A stretch of DNA of 34,284 bases. Origin: Spirochaetia bacterium (GTDB lineage Bacteria; Spirochaetota; Spirochaetia; PWKH01). Below the pieces are notes generated by a model. It did not search any database. It worked only from the letters and a program-made list of their open reading frames with translations, and was not told the origin of the DNA. Of this stretch, positions 1 to 8,504 are shown one piece after another. The stretch covers positions 1 to 34,284 of the forward strand of contig SKXS01000024.1 of the NCBI GenBank assembly GCA_007128345.1, in the 5' to 3' direction. A program made the translations under genes and the position numbers. Within the stretch, counting starts at the first letter, position 1, and each line of letters opens with the position of its first letter.

Positions 1-51
1 CTTCCGTGGTATCTCTTAATCACCAAGCGTGGACATACGAGGAGCCATACC

Positions 52-1437
52 ATGATCGAAAGAATCCGAGAGCTGCTGAACAGGGAACCCGCGGAAATTC
101 CAGTAACCGCACAGGGATGGGTGCGCACCAAGCGGGATACGAAGCACGTCACCTTCCTGGAAGTGAATGACGGTTCGTGCCTTAAGAGCCTCCAGGTCAT
201 CATCGACCGGAATTCCAGGGAGGTAACCGATACGCTGAACCGGGTTTCCACAGGCGCCAGCGTCTCCTGCACCGGCAGGCTGGCTGAATCACCGGGGAAG
301 AACCAGAAAGTGGAACTGCACGCTGACACCATTGAGCTCATCGGTGAGGCTCCTCCTGAAAGCTATCCCCTGCAGAAGAAGCGCCACAGCTTTGAATTCC
401 TCAGGGAGATTGCCCACCTGCGTCCCCGCACTAACACCATCGGTGCTGTTGCCAGGGTCCGCAACGCCATGAGCAGGGCTGTGCACACCTTTTTCCAGGA
501 GCGTGATTTCCTGTATATCCACACGCCCATCATCACCACTTCAGACTGCGAGGGCGCCGGCGAGATGTTCCAGGTTACCACCCTGCCCCTGAACCAGGTC
601 CCCATGCGGGAGGGCTCACCAGACTACTCAAGAGACTTTTTCCAGAAGCCTGCAAACCTCACGGTCAGCGGGCAGTTGGAGGCGGAAATTTACGCCCTGG
701 CTATGACCAACGTATACACCTTCGGGCCTACCTTCCGGGCTGAGAACTCCAACACCAGCCGTCACCTCTCAGAATTCTGGATGATTGAACCTGAGATGGC
801 CTTCTGTACCTTGGAGGGAAACATGGAGGTCGCAGAATCCTTTCTCAAGTATGTCTTCTCCCACGTACTGGAGACATGCAGGGAGGATATGGAGTTTTTC
901 AATCAGTGGATCCAGAAGGGAGTCATCGATTCCCTCAGCTCAGTTGCCGAGGGGGTCTTCACCCGGATGACCTACACGGATGCGGTGAAGGAACTCACCG
1001 CCGCCCCGGTTTCCTTTGAGTATCCAGTCAGCTGGGGGGCAGACCTCCAGTCGGAACATGAGAAGTACCTCACTGAACAGGTGTGCAGAGGACCGGTGAT
1101 CGTCACCGACTATCCCAGGGAAATCAAGGCGTTCTACATGCTGCTCAACGACGACGAAAAGACCGTCCGCGCCATGGATGTGCTGGTGCCCAGGCTGGGT
1201 GAGATCATCGGGGGCAGCGAACGTGAGTACCGCTATGACGTGCTTACCCGGCGTATCCTGGAGTCGGGACTTGATCCGAAAGATTACTGGTGGTACCTGG
1301 ACCTTCGGCGATACGGAACGGTACCCCATGCCGGTTTCGGCCTGGGGTTTGAACGCGCCGTGCAGTATGTGACGGGCATGCAGAACATCCGGGACGTGAT
1401 CCCCTTCCCCAGGGCTGTAGGAAGCGCTGAATTTTAA
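52..1437 (+). CDS. asnS: Asparagine--tRNA ligase
   Basis: 461 aa. N-terminal OB fold ([16 protein letters not shown]), class II motif 2 ([25 protein letters not shown]), motif 3 ([11 protein letters not shown]), and the AsnRS-type [18 protein letters not shown] at 40-44. Confidence 0.97.
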   Translation: MIERIRELLNREPAEIPVTAQGWVRTKRDTKHVTFLEVNDGSCLKSLQVIIDRNSREVTDTLNRVSTGASVSCTGRLAESPGKNQKVELHADTIELIGEAPPESYPLQKKRHSFEFLREIAHLRPRTNTIGAVARVRNAMSRAVHTFFQERDFLYIHTPIITTSDCEGAGEMFQVTTLPLNQVPMREGSPDYSRDFFQKPANLTVSGQLEAEIYALAMTNVYTFGPTFRAENSNTSRHLSEFWMIEPEMAFCTLEGNMEVAESFLKYVFSHVLETCREDMEFFNQWIQKGVIDSLSSVAEGVFTRMTYTDAVKELTAAPVSFEYPVSWGADLQSEHEKYLTEQVCRGPVIVTDYPREIKAFYMLLNDDEKTVRAMDVLVPRLGEIIGGSEREYRYDVLTRRILESGLDPKDYWWYLDLRRYGTVPHAGFGLGFERAVQYVTGMQNIRDVIPFPRAVGSAEF

Positions 1438-1438
1438 C

Positions 1439-1460
1439 GGGATCCCGCGATGGGGATCCC
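1439..1460. terminator. Hairpin between convergent asnS and the 93-aa ORF; possible terminator
   Basis: GGGATCCC-gcgatg-GGGATCCC gives an 8-bp stem just after the asnS stop. No strong U-tract on either strand. Confidence 0.4.
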
Positions 1461-1469
1461 AAACCGCCC

Positions 1470-1751
1470 TCATCTCTCCTCAATGAAGGAACGCCATACG
1501 ATGTACGCCGTCCTGGCAGTGACGGGTATGCACATCGTATAGAGCACCACAAGGTATACAACCATCTCATGCATGAATGGATCAATGACTCCAGCAGCGG
1601 CTGTCAGGTGTATCACCGCTGAGGCAACCGCAGCTGCTCCGCAGAGAAGCACATCACTGCTGTGCACACTCTCCTTCCTCCATACACGCAGAGCAGCAAG
1701 AGATGCCATGAGAAATCCAAACCACAGCGCGTAGATAAGAAATCTGCTCAT
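1470..1751 (-). CDS. Small membrane protein (about 3 TM helices); candidate immunity protein
   Basis: 93 aa with three hydrophobic stretches (FLIYALWFGFLMASLAAL; VLLCGAAAVASAVIHLTAAAGVI; MVVYLVVLYTMCIPVTA). Starts 15 bp after the stop of the precursor gene on the same strand. Confidence 0.6.
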   Translation of the reverse strand: MSRFLIYALWFGFLMASLAALRVWRKESVHSSDVLLCGAAAVASAVIHLTAAAGVIDPFMHEMVVYLVVLYTMCIPVTARTAYIVWRSFIEER

Positions 1752-1766
1752 CAGGGATACCCGTCC

Positions 1767-2123
1767 TCAGTGTCCATAGCGGATATAGTACGATCCGATC
1801 CTGAAGGATGTCCCTGCCACCACCCCCAGTCCTGCCAGGGCGCCCGCTGCAGGGCTTACTGCAGCCACAGCGCCTATCGCGGCGGATTTCATCGTGCCCT
1901 CCCAGGTTGGGGTAATGTTTCTGCCCAGGCAGTCCGCCAGGTAGGTCAGGCTGCCAAAAATGGCGCCTCCCAGAAGAGCCTTAAACACCCCGTCACCTTC
2001 GGCATCCTCCATCTCGCACTCAGTCATCTGTTCGCCGGGTACTGAATCAAAGAGTCCCCCATGTGCCCATACGCCCTGTGCTGAAATCAGCAGAACCAGG
2101 ACGACCGTCACCATCTGTTTCAT
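1767..2123 (-). CDS. Secreted bacteriocin-like precursor: Sec signal, double-glycine-like leader, Gly/Ala-rich core
   Basis: Strong GGAGGT RBS. Signal peptide MKQMVTVVLVLLISAQGVWA. Acidic segment LFDSVPGEQMTECEMEDAEGDG resembles the F..Ls..EL..I.GG leader pattern. Hydrophobic core rich in GxxxG/AxxxA. The CDS is well supported; the function is inferred. Confidence 0.65.
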   Translation of the reverse strand: MKQMVTVVLVLLISAQGVWAHGGLFDSVPGEQMTECEMEDAEGDGVFKALLGGAIFGSLTYLADCLGRNITPTWEGTMKSAAIGAVAAVSPAAGALAGLGVVAGTSFRIGSYYIRYGH

Positions 2124-2147
2124 AGCGCACCTCCGTAACGATTGTAT

Positions 2148-2792
2148 TTACTCCCAGAGGAACGTAATGCCCGACTGCAGCGCCAGCCTCGTCATCTCGG
2201 CGATGGAGCAGGCTCCGGTCTTCCGGGATATCTGTTTTCTGTAGGATTCTACGGTATGATGGGAGAGCTTCAGCTCGTAAGCGATGGACTTGGTGGTTTC
2301 GCCCCGGCTGATGAGTCCCAGGACCTCCCGCTCGCGGACGGTCAGCTGCCTGACATAATTCTTCGCTTCCGTCCGCTCACGGGGATATGATAATCCCTTG
2401 GGCTCCAATTCCCTGCATTCACAGCGGCAGGGCTCAAGGAACTCCCTCACTGATGTGATCATCCGGGCATACTCCTCCGTGCAGTCAATGATCCGTGTGA
2501 TGCCCAGCGAGAGCAGCACAAGTTTCGTCCGCCGTTCAAGAGTACGGGGAGATCCGTAGGCCAGCACATGGGCTTCAGCAGTCAGGCGCATGAGCATCCA
2601 GGATACGCACTGGTCTCGCTCCACCAGCTCAGCCTCGATGCAGTAGACATCAATCCCTGGCATGGGTATGCTGCCCCGAAGGATATCAAGTTCTTCGTAG
2701 GCACAGACCACTGCACAGTTGCATTCACCTTCAAAGAGGTGCATGACCCCTTCCCTCAGCAGATTTGATTTACCGATGATTATTGAGTTCAT
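2148..2792 (-). CDS. LuxR/NarL-family transcriptional regulator with degenerate receiver-like domain
   Basis: C-terminal LuxR HTH: LTVREREVLGLISRGETTKSIAYELKLSHHTVESYRKQISRK. The N-terminus (IIIGKSNLLREGV...DVYCIE) aligns by eye to a receiver fold without the acidic pocket. Confidence 0.85.
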   Translation of the reverse strand: MNSIIIGKSNLLREGVMHLFEGECNCAVVCAYEELDILRGSIPMPGIDVYCIEAELVERDQCVSWMLMRLTAEAHVLAYGSPRTLERRTKLVLLSLGITRIIDCTEEYARMITSVREFLEPCRCECRELEPKGLSYPRERTEAKNYVRQLTVREREVLGLISRGETTKSIAYELKLSHHTVESYRKQISRKTGACSIAEMTRLALQSGITFLWE

Positions 2793-3087
2793 GCAATAGG
2801 TATTGGGGGATGCGGAATATTTGATTCACCTATGAAGCGACATTTGTATACATTTTTTCACAGGAGATAAACAGCGGAGAAACTCCTGTCCGATGCTGAC
2901 AGGGAAGACTGCAGGCACTACTAAGCATATTCAGCTGATCTGCAATGGCCCTTGCATCCTATACTGACGCATATGCATTTGCTGCATGGGGATTCCTCAA
3001 AGACGCACAGATCCCGTCATCAGAAGTACATTGAGCAGAGTCAATTACAGCAGATAATCACATCAGTTTGTTCCGCACACCAGTATG

Positions 3088-3606
3088 CTAGAGGAAGGTG
3101 ACCAGCTCTTCAAGGGCCTTCCGGTGCTTCTCCGTCTGTTTCTCATACCCGTCCCTCGGGTAGCCCAGGGGAGTGATCGCGAAGACCTCCTCATCCGTAC
3201 CCAGCGAAAGGGCGCTTGTGAGTAGGTTCGGGTCAAATGCGGCAATCCAGCAGGTGCCAACCCCTTCGCTGTCAGCGCAGAGGATCATGTGATCCATAGC
3301 GATGGTGAGATCGGTCTCAAGAGAGTTGTACCCGTCATGCTTTCGTGTCCAGGCATCTGCCCTTCTTCCGGCCACCGCCAATACAGCCGGTGCGTCCTGA
3401 AACCAAGGAGCTTCGTAGCTCTGCTTCACCTGGTCGAGCATATCCTTTGACGTAATGACGAAAAACCGCCACGGCTGACGGTTTGCTGCTGACGGTGCAA
3501 GCCTTCCCGCTTCGAGAATCCGCTTGAGCACATCCCTGGGTATCTTCCGATCAGGGTCGTAGTTCCTCACACTCACACGACTTTTGACGATCTGTACATA
3601 ATCCAT
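3088..3606 (-). CDS. Nitroreductase family protein
   Basis: Motifs R.SVRNY, AGRLAPSAANRQPWRF, GVGTCWIAAF and LGYP. Confidence 0.92.
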   Translation of the reverse strand: MDYVQIVKSRVSVRNYDPDRKIPRDVLKRILEAGRLAPSAANRQPWRFFVITSKDMLDQVKQSYEAPWFQDAPAVLAVAGRRADAWTRKHDGYNSLETDLTIAMDHMILCADSEGVGTCWIAAFDPNLLTSALSLGTDEEVFAITPLGYPRDGYEKQTEKHRKALEELVTFL

Positions 3607-3637
3607 ACCTTCCCCCTTATGCGTACGGCCGGCGAAC

Positions 3638-4078
3638 TTATTTCAGCACCTGTTCAAGAGCCCGGGCAAATGCTGAGGAGCTTCCGCCGTGCCGCTTTTT
3701 TCTCCGTCCTATACCGTGGGGTTCCGCTTCACGAACCCCTTCCATGAACTGGAGCAGCGAGAGCCGCTCCCTGATATTCTCACTAGTGTAGGTCTTCCCG
3801 GAATCATCGATGCACCATGCACCCTTTCGGATGACCTCTTCCATCAGCCTGACATCCCGGGTGATCACCAGGTCACCCGGCATGACCCTTGATGCAATGT
3901 ACGCATCGCTGCTCCCTTCTTGTATCTCCACCAGCTCCAGTGAAACCAGTTCGTGGCGGGGTATGTCAACCTTCCGGTCAGCTGCAATCCGCACACTGAC
4001 ACCTCTTTGTATCCCTGCTTTACAGGCAATCTCCCGGATCCGCTTCGGGCAACCGTCACCATCCACCCAGATTGTCAC
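3638..4078 (-). CDS. YaiI/YqxD family protein (DUF188)
   Basis: Motifs IWVDGDGCP, DLVITRD and YTSENIRERL. GTG start overlaps the manA stop. Confidence 0.88.
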   Translation of the reverse strand: MTIWVDGDGCPKRIREIACKAGIQRGVSVRIAADRKVDIPRHELVSLELVEIQEGSSDAYIASRVMPGDLVITRDVRLMEEVIRKGAWCIDDSGKTYTSENIRERLSLLQFMEGVREAEPHGIGRRKKRHGGSSSAFARALEQVLK

Positions 4079-5232
4079 TGACTGACCCCCTGCGATGCCA
4101 GGTAGAGCTGACCTGTGCTCTCAATACTGTACCGGCCTATACAGGCGGGAATCACGAAGGACTGCCCCCTGTTTGCCTGGTACACTCGCCTGCCCCCTTC
4201 CCAGGAAATCATCGTCTCCCCGGAAATCACAATACCGATTTCCAGATAATCGGCCCTCTCTATAGTCCATCTGCCTTCGGCACATTCGCGAAGCAGGAAA
4301 TCATCCGCCGCCGCAGGGAAAGCGGGACGCGGATCACCAGCTGATCGGCACGCGGTAAAAGGGACAACCGGCTGCTGGTCTATGGAGAAGACCTCCAGCA
4401 GTTCCCTGACATCTATGTGCTTCTTGGTCAGCCCACCCCGGATTACGTTATCGGAGTTTGCCATAAGCTCCACGGCAAACCCTGAAATGTACGCATGAAG
4501 GTTTCCCGGGGAAAGGAAAATTGCCTCGCCGGGGGAGAGGTCCAGCACCTGGAGATAGATCGGGGAAGCAATGCCGATATCCAGTCCAAAGCGCTGGCTG
4601 AATTCCCGTGCAAGGGCGTAGATGCCGTGATCATCATCCTCTATGACCGACAACAGCTGCACGAATTCCTGGAGCAGACGCTGCCTGAAGCCCTTCGGGG
4701 AACAGAAAAGCCGGCGGACAAATGAGACGCATCCGTCACGGGCAAGGTCCCTGAGCATAGGAAACGGAGAAGCCAGCTTATGAAGTTCCGCATCACTGCG
4801 CAGGCCGCACATAGCCCTGAAGGGAGAGAGGGCGCAGAGAATCTCAGGTTTATGTTGTGCATCCCGGTAGGTACGGTTTGGCGCATCCCTGGGTATGCCC
4901 TCCTGCTCCTCCCGGGCGAATCCCCTGCGCGCCTGCCCGGCATCGGGATGACACTGGATGGAAAGCGGTGCAGCAGCTGCGAGCAGCTTGAAAAGAAAGG
5001 AGATATCATCCCCCATGCCGATCCAGTACCCGGGATCATCCTCTATGCAGGCACGCAGGGACTTGCGCACACCGCCAAGTTCAACCATGCTCATGCCGCC
5101 CGGGTGCGTACCCATCCAGAGTTCAGCGTAAGGGGTTTGTTCCGGATTCTCCAGCCCGAGGAGCCGGGGAATATGAACCGGAGAACCCCATGGGTACTGC
5201 TGGACCGCGGGAATAAGGGTATGCACGTTCAT
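4075..5232 (-). CDS. manA: Mannose-6-phosphate isomerase, class I
   Basis: Motifs QQYPWGS, AELWMGTHP, PLSIQCHP, HKPE, LHAY.SG and ELMANSDNVIRGGLT.KH. Start placed at ATG 5232; the ORF track's TTG at 5268 is the -35 box. Confidence 0.93.
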   Translation of the reverse strand: MNVHTLIPAVQQYPWGSPVHIPRLLGLENPEQTPYAELWMGTHPGGMSMVELGGVRKSLRACIEDDPGYWIGMGDDISFLFKLLAAAAPLSIQCHPDAGQARRGFAREEQEGIPRDAPNRTYRDAQHKPEILCALSPFRAMCGLRSDAELHKLASPFPMLRDLARDGCVSFVRRLFCSPKGFRQRLLQEFVQLLSVIEDDDHGIYALAREFSQRFGLDIGIASPIYLQVLDLSPGEAIFLSPGNLHAYISGFAVELMANSDNVIRGGLTKKHIDVRELLEVFSIDQQPVVPFTACRSAGDPRPAFPAAADDFLLRECAEGRWTIERADYLEIGIVISGETMISWEGGRRVYQANRGQSFVIPACIGRYSIESTGQLYLASQGVSQ

Positions 5233-5239
5233 ATCTGCA

Positions 5240-5268
5240 ATAATGGACCAATCATATGGGGATGTCAA
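5240..5268 (-). promoter_or_regulatory. Sigma70-type promoter of manA (probably leaderless)
   Basis: Minus strand: TTGACA-17 nt-CATTAT, then 7 nt to the ATG. No SD sequence. Confidence 0.6.
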
Positions 5269-5279
5269 TGCGAAGCGAG

Positions 5280-5308
5280 TTGAAGAAGAGATTCATTTTC
5301 AATATACT
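5280..5308 (+). promoter_or_regulatory. Sigma70-type promoter of pfp
   Basis: TTGAAG (5280-5285)-17 nt-TATACT (5303-5308). Confidence 0.6.
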
Positions 5309-5340
5309 ACCTGCATTCAACCAGACCAAAGGAGTTGCAT

Positions 5341-6999
5341 ATGGCCTATTCACCCCTTCAGCAGGTACGCTACGGCTACCAACCAAAACTTCCCGGAGTG
5401 CTTCGAGAAGACATCAGGAAGATGACCCCAATGAAGGGGGCAGCCACTGAGTCGGCATCTGACCACTCGGAGATTCGAGAACGGTTTCCCCATACCTACG
5501 GCATGCCCATGGTGCGCTTCGAGCAGGGAGAGAATCCCGATGTTCCGGAAAAACGAAATATCGGTGTGGTGCTCTCCGGCGGGCAGGCGCCGGGAGGGCA
5601 CAATGTCATAGCCGGGCTCTACGATGCGCTGGCAAGCGCCAATCCGGAATCAAAGCTCTACGGATTCATCGGCGGTCCTTCGGGCATTCTCAAGGACGAC
5701 TGCCGTGAGCTCACGGGAGCAGTCATTGACGAGTACCGCAACACAGGTGGATTCGACATCATCGGGTCCGGCAGGACCAAGCTGGAATCCGAAAGCGACT
5801 TTGCGCAGTGCGCCAAGGTCTGCAACGCCCGTTCCATCTGCGCGCTGGTGATCATAGGAGGAGATGATTCAAACACAAATGCTGCAATGCTTGCCGAATA
5901 CTTTGTCCGCAACAAATCAGGCATACAGGTGATCGGGGTGCCCAAGACAATTGACGGAGATCTGAAAAACGAACACATTGAGGCATCCTTCGGATTCGAT
6001 ACCGCCACCAAAACCTATGCGGAGCTCATTGGAAATATCCAGCGTGACGCCAATTCATCCCGCAAGTACTGGCACTTCATTAAGCTCATGGGACGCAGCG
6101 CTTCTCACATATGCCTCGAATGCGCCCTGCTTACCCGTCCTACCATGGCCCTCATATCAGAGGAGGTGGAAGCGAAAAAGCAGACCCTCGGCGACATCGT
6201 ATCCCAGATAACCGACTGCGTGGTCTCCCGCGGCAGGCAAGGGATGCACTTCGGCATCGTCCTGGTTCCCGAAGGGCTCATCGAGTTCATCCCCGAAATG
6301 AAGACCCTCATATCGCGCCTCAATGACCTGCTGGCGCAGGACGGCGGGGAGATATCAGGTATAGAAGATCCTCTACAGCGATGCACCAAGGTAGCGACGC
6401 TGCTCCCGAAAGCAAGCGGATCACTGTTCAGCACTCTGCCCCAGGAAATCCAGATGCAGCTGCTGCTTGACCGTGACCCCCACGGCAATGTGCAGGTATC
6501 CCGTATTGAAACTGAAAAACTCCTCATCCAGATGGTCGCTGACCGGCTCAGGCATCTCAGGCAGGAGGGGATCTATACCGGACCGTTCAGCTCACAGCAC
6601 CACTTCTTCGGCTACGAAGGACGGTGCGCATTCCCGTCAAACTTTGATGCTGACTACTGCTACTCCCTCGGGTATACCGCATTCCTGCTCATTGCATCAG
6701 GCCTTACCGGGTATATATCTTCAGTCACCGGTCTTTCCAAACCCGCAGACAAATGGAATGCAGGGGGAGTTCCCATCACCATGATGATGAATATGGAAAA
6801 GCGTCACGGTTCACAGAAATCTGTAATCAGGAAGGCTCTGGTGGAACTCGACGGCAAGCCCTTTGGGGTGTTTGCAGCATCACGCGATGCCTGGGCTTCG
6901 GGCAACGAATTCCTCTATCCCGGTGCCATCCAGTATTTCGGTCCACCCGAGGTATGCGACCAGCCGTCGGTCACCCTAACCCTGGAACAGGAATCCTGA
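5341..6999 (+). CDS. pfp: Diphosphate--fructose-6-phosphate 1-phosphotransferase (long PPi-PFK)
   Basis: Motifs [18 protein letters not shown] (Asp typical of PPi-dependent enzymes), PKTIDGD, MGRSASH and FFGYEGR. AAGGAG RBS before ATG 5341. Confidence 0.96.
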   Translation: MAYSPLQQVRYGYQPKLPGVLREDIRKMTPMKGAATESASDHSEIRERFPHTYGMPMVRFEQGENPDVPEKRNIGVVLSGGQAPGGHNVIAGLYDALASANPESKLYGFIGGPSGILKDDCRELTGAVIDEYRNTGGFDIIGSGRTKLESESDFAQCAKVCNARSICALVIIGGDDSNTNAAMLAEYFVRNKSGIQVIGVPKTIDGDLKNEHIEASFGFDTATKTYAELIGNIQRDANSSRKYWHFIKLMGRSASHICLECALLTRPTMALISEEVEAKKQTLGDIVSQITDCVVSRGRQGMHFGIVLVPEGLIEFIPEMKTLISRLNDLLAQDGGEISGIEDPLQRCTKVATLLPKASGSLFSTLPQEIQMQLLLDRDPHGNVQVSRIETEKLLIQMVADRLRHLRQEGIYTGPFSSQHHFFGYEGRCAFPSNFDADYCYSLGYTAFLLIASGLTGYISSVTGLSKPADKWNAGGVPITMMMNMEKRHGSQKSVIRKALVELDGKPFGVFAASRDAWASGNEFLYPGAIQYFGPPEVCDQPSVTLTLEQES

Positions 7000-7015
7000 A
7001 GCATTCAGGAATTCC
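6990..7015. terminator. Hairpin between convergent pfp and ADH genes
   Basis: GGAA-TCCTGAA-gca-TTCAGGA-a-TTCC: an 11-bp stem with one bulge, spanning the pfp stop. Confidence 0.4.
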
Positions 7016-7020
7016 GTGCA

Positions 7021-8193
7021 TTATAAGCGGCTCAGAAGCACTGCCTCCAGTTCCCCGGCATCCAGGATGACCGGGGCCTGCTTGCAGTCGGAAGCAGCCG
7101 CGGCGCGTTTCAGCTTCTCTTTGGTAAATCCGTATTCTGAAAGCCTCGGCCTGACAAGCTGCTCCTGCCACCGTGAAAGGGTGTTCAGCAGCATGGGTAT
7201 TCCATCTTCCGCAGTGCATGTGTCACTGCTGCCTGCAAGGGCGCATCCCGCACGGGCATACTTCCGGTAGGTTTCCCCGTCTCTATAGCCGCTTGATTCC
7301 AGCTTCCTGATGCTGGCAGCCGTTATTTCGAACAGCAGCGTGCCGCAGACAATATTGTGGGGAATATCCTGCATTCCTCCCAGAACGCCGGCAACCCCAT
7401 GGACAGCCCCGAGACCAGCGTTTGACAGTGTGATTCCTGAGAGGTATGCGGCAAGGAGCATCTGCGCCCTGAAATCTTCATCAGGCTCATCACGTACAGC
7501 TTTGTCGAACGCCGATCCGGCAAGGCAGAGCCCCTGGAGAGCAAGCGCATCAGTAATGGGATGTGCCCGCACCGAGACATAGGACTCAAGCAGCTGGGTC
7601 ACAGCATCAAGTCCCGATGCGGCTGTCACTGACGGGGGACAGGTGAGTGAGAGCTGCGGGTCAAGGACGGCAATATCAGGTGTGTAGGCTTCATGACGCA
7701 GGGACTTCTTGAAGCTTCCAATCCTGCTGATGACCGCGTTGAACGACGATTCGCTCCCCGTGCCTGCAGTGGTAGGTACCGCACTGAAGTGGACTCGCTT
7801 CCCCGACGGCTTCCGGTCCCCTACCCCTTCCAGGTAGCGCTCCACCCCAAGGGGTTCACACACCATAGCCGAGACGGCCTTAGCCGCGTCAATGACGCTC
7901 CCCCCGCCGACGGCCGTTACGGCCTGGACATGGAATTCCTTGGCTTCCCGCGTGATATCATCCACCAGTTCTACAGAGGGCTCTCCCTTCACCCGATGGA
8001 TCTGGCATGCAATGGAGGCATCCCTGAAAGCCTCTTCTATCCGTGCACGCCATCCTGAGCGGTCAAGGGAAGATCCTCCGGTCAGCAGCGCCGCCCGTTG
8101 AATCCCCATGCTTCCGAGCATCCCAGGAAGCTGCAGCACTCCCTGCGAAGCGCATACAAGCTGCCCTGTACTGTACATACGAAATTCCTTCAT
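7021..8193 (-). CDS. Iron-containing alcohol dehydrogenase family protein
   Basis: Motifs GEP, GGGSVIDAAK, PTTAGTGSE, GLDAVTQ, GLGAVHG and PHN. Confidence 0.92.
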   Translation of the reverse strand: MKEFRMYSTGQLVCASQGVLQLPGMLGSMGIQRAALLTGGSSLDRSGWRARIEEAFRDASIACQIHRVKGEPSVELVDDITREAKEFHVQAVTAVGGGSVIDAAKAVSAMVCEPLGVERYLEGVGDRKPSGKRVHFSAVPTTAGTGSESSFNAVISRIGSFKKSLRHEAYTPDIAVLDPQLSLTCPPSVTAASGLDAVTQLLESYVSVRAHPITDALALQGLCLAGSAFDKAVRDEPDEDFRAQMLLAAYLSGITLSNAGLGAVHGVAGVLGGMQDIPHNIVCGTLLFEITAASIRKLESSGYRDGETYRKYARAGCALAGSSDTCTAEDGIPMLLNTLSRWQEQLVRPRLSEYGFTKEKLKRAAAASDCKQAPVILDAGELEAVLLSRL

Positions 8194-8197
8194 ACCT

Positions 8198-8497
8198 CTA
8201 TTCCCTTGGAACCCCCGGAATCACGTTCAGCTGAGGATCTGCATTGCGTCGGTAGAGAATGCCTACATTCCCGATTACCGCAACTTCCTCAGCCCCGGTA
8301 CGCCGGGCGAGCTCGCTGAAGATCTCCAGTTTCGACTCCTTGAAGCCAACCCACTTTACCTTGATCAGTTCGCGGCAGCTGAGGCTTTCGTCTGTGCTTG
8401 CTACAACCGGTTCGGTGAGCCCCATCTTCCCGATCATGACCGTGGGGCGTATATGATGCGCCTCACGCATAAGAATTTTCCGCTTTTTACTCGTCAT
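8198..8497 (-). CDS. yhbY: YhbY/CRM-domain RNA-binding protein
   Basis: Motifs MTSKKRKILMREAHHIRPTVMIGKMG, ELIKVK and IGNVGILYR. Start placed at ATG 8497, just after the stop of the upstream gene. Confidence 0.88.
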   Translation of the reverse strand: MTSKKRKILMREAHHIRPTVMIGKMGLTEPVVASTDESLSCRELIKVKWVGFKESKLEIFSELARRTGAEEVAVIGNVGILYRRNADPQLNVIPGVPRE

Positions 8498-8504
8498 GGT
8501 TTTG

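Noticed and set aside
2793-3087. 295-bp spacer upstream of luxR with short hairpins (ACAGGAG..CTCCTGT; CCTGTC..GACAGG) and a GACGCACAG resembling part of a c-di-GMP-I riboswitch
   Set aside because: The rest of the aptamer consensus is missing, and the motif is on the strand opposite luxR. An Infernal/Rfam scan would be needed.
7580-7620. Gln in place of a metal-binding His in the iron-type ADH (GLDAVTQ)
   Set aside because: As I recall, this substitution is common in a subfamily of these enzymes. The other ligand motifs are intact, so it is not evidence of a pseudogene.
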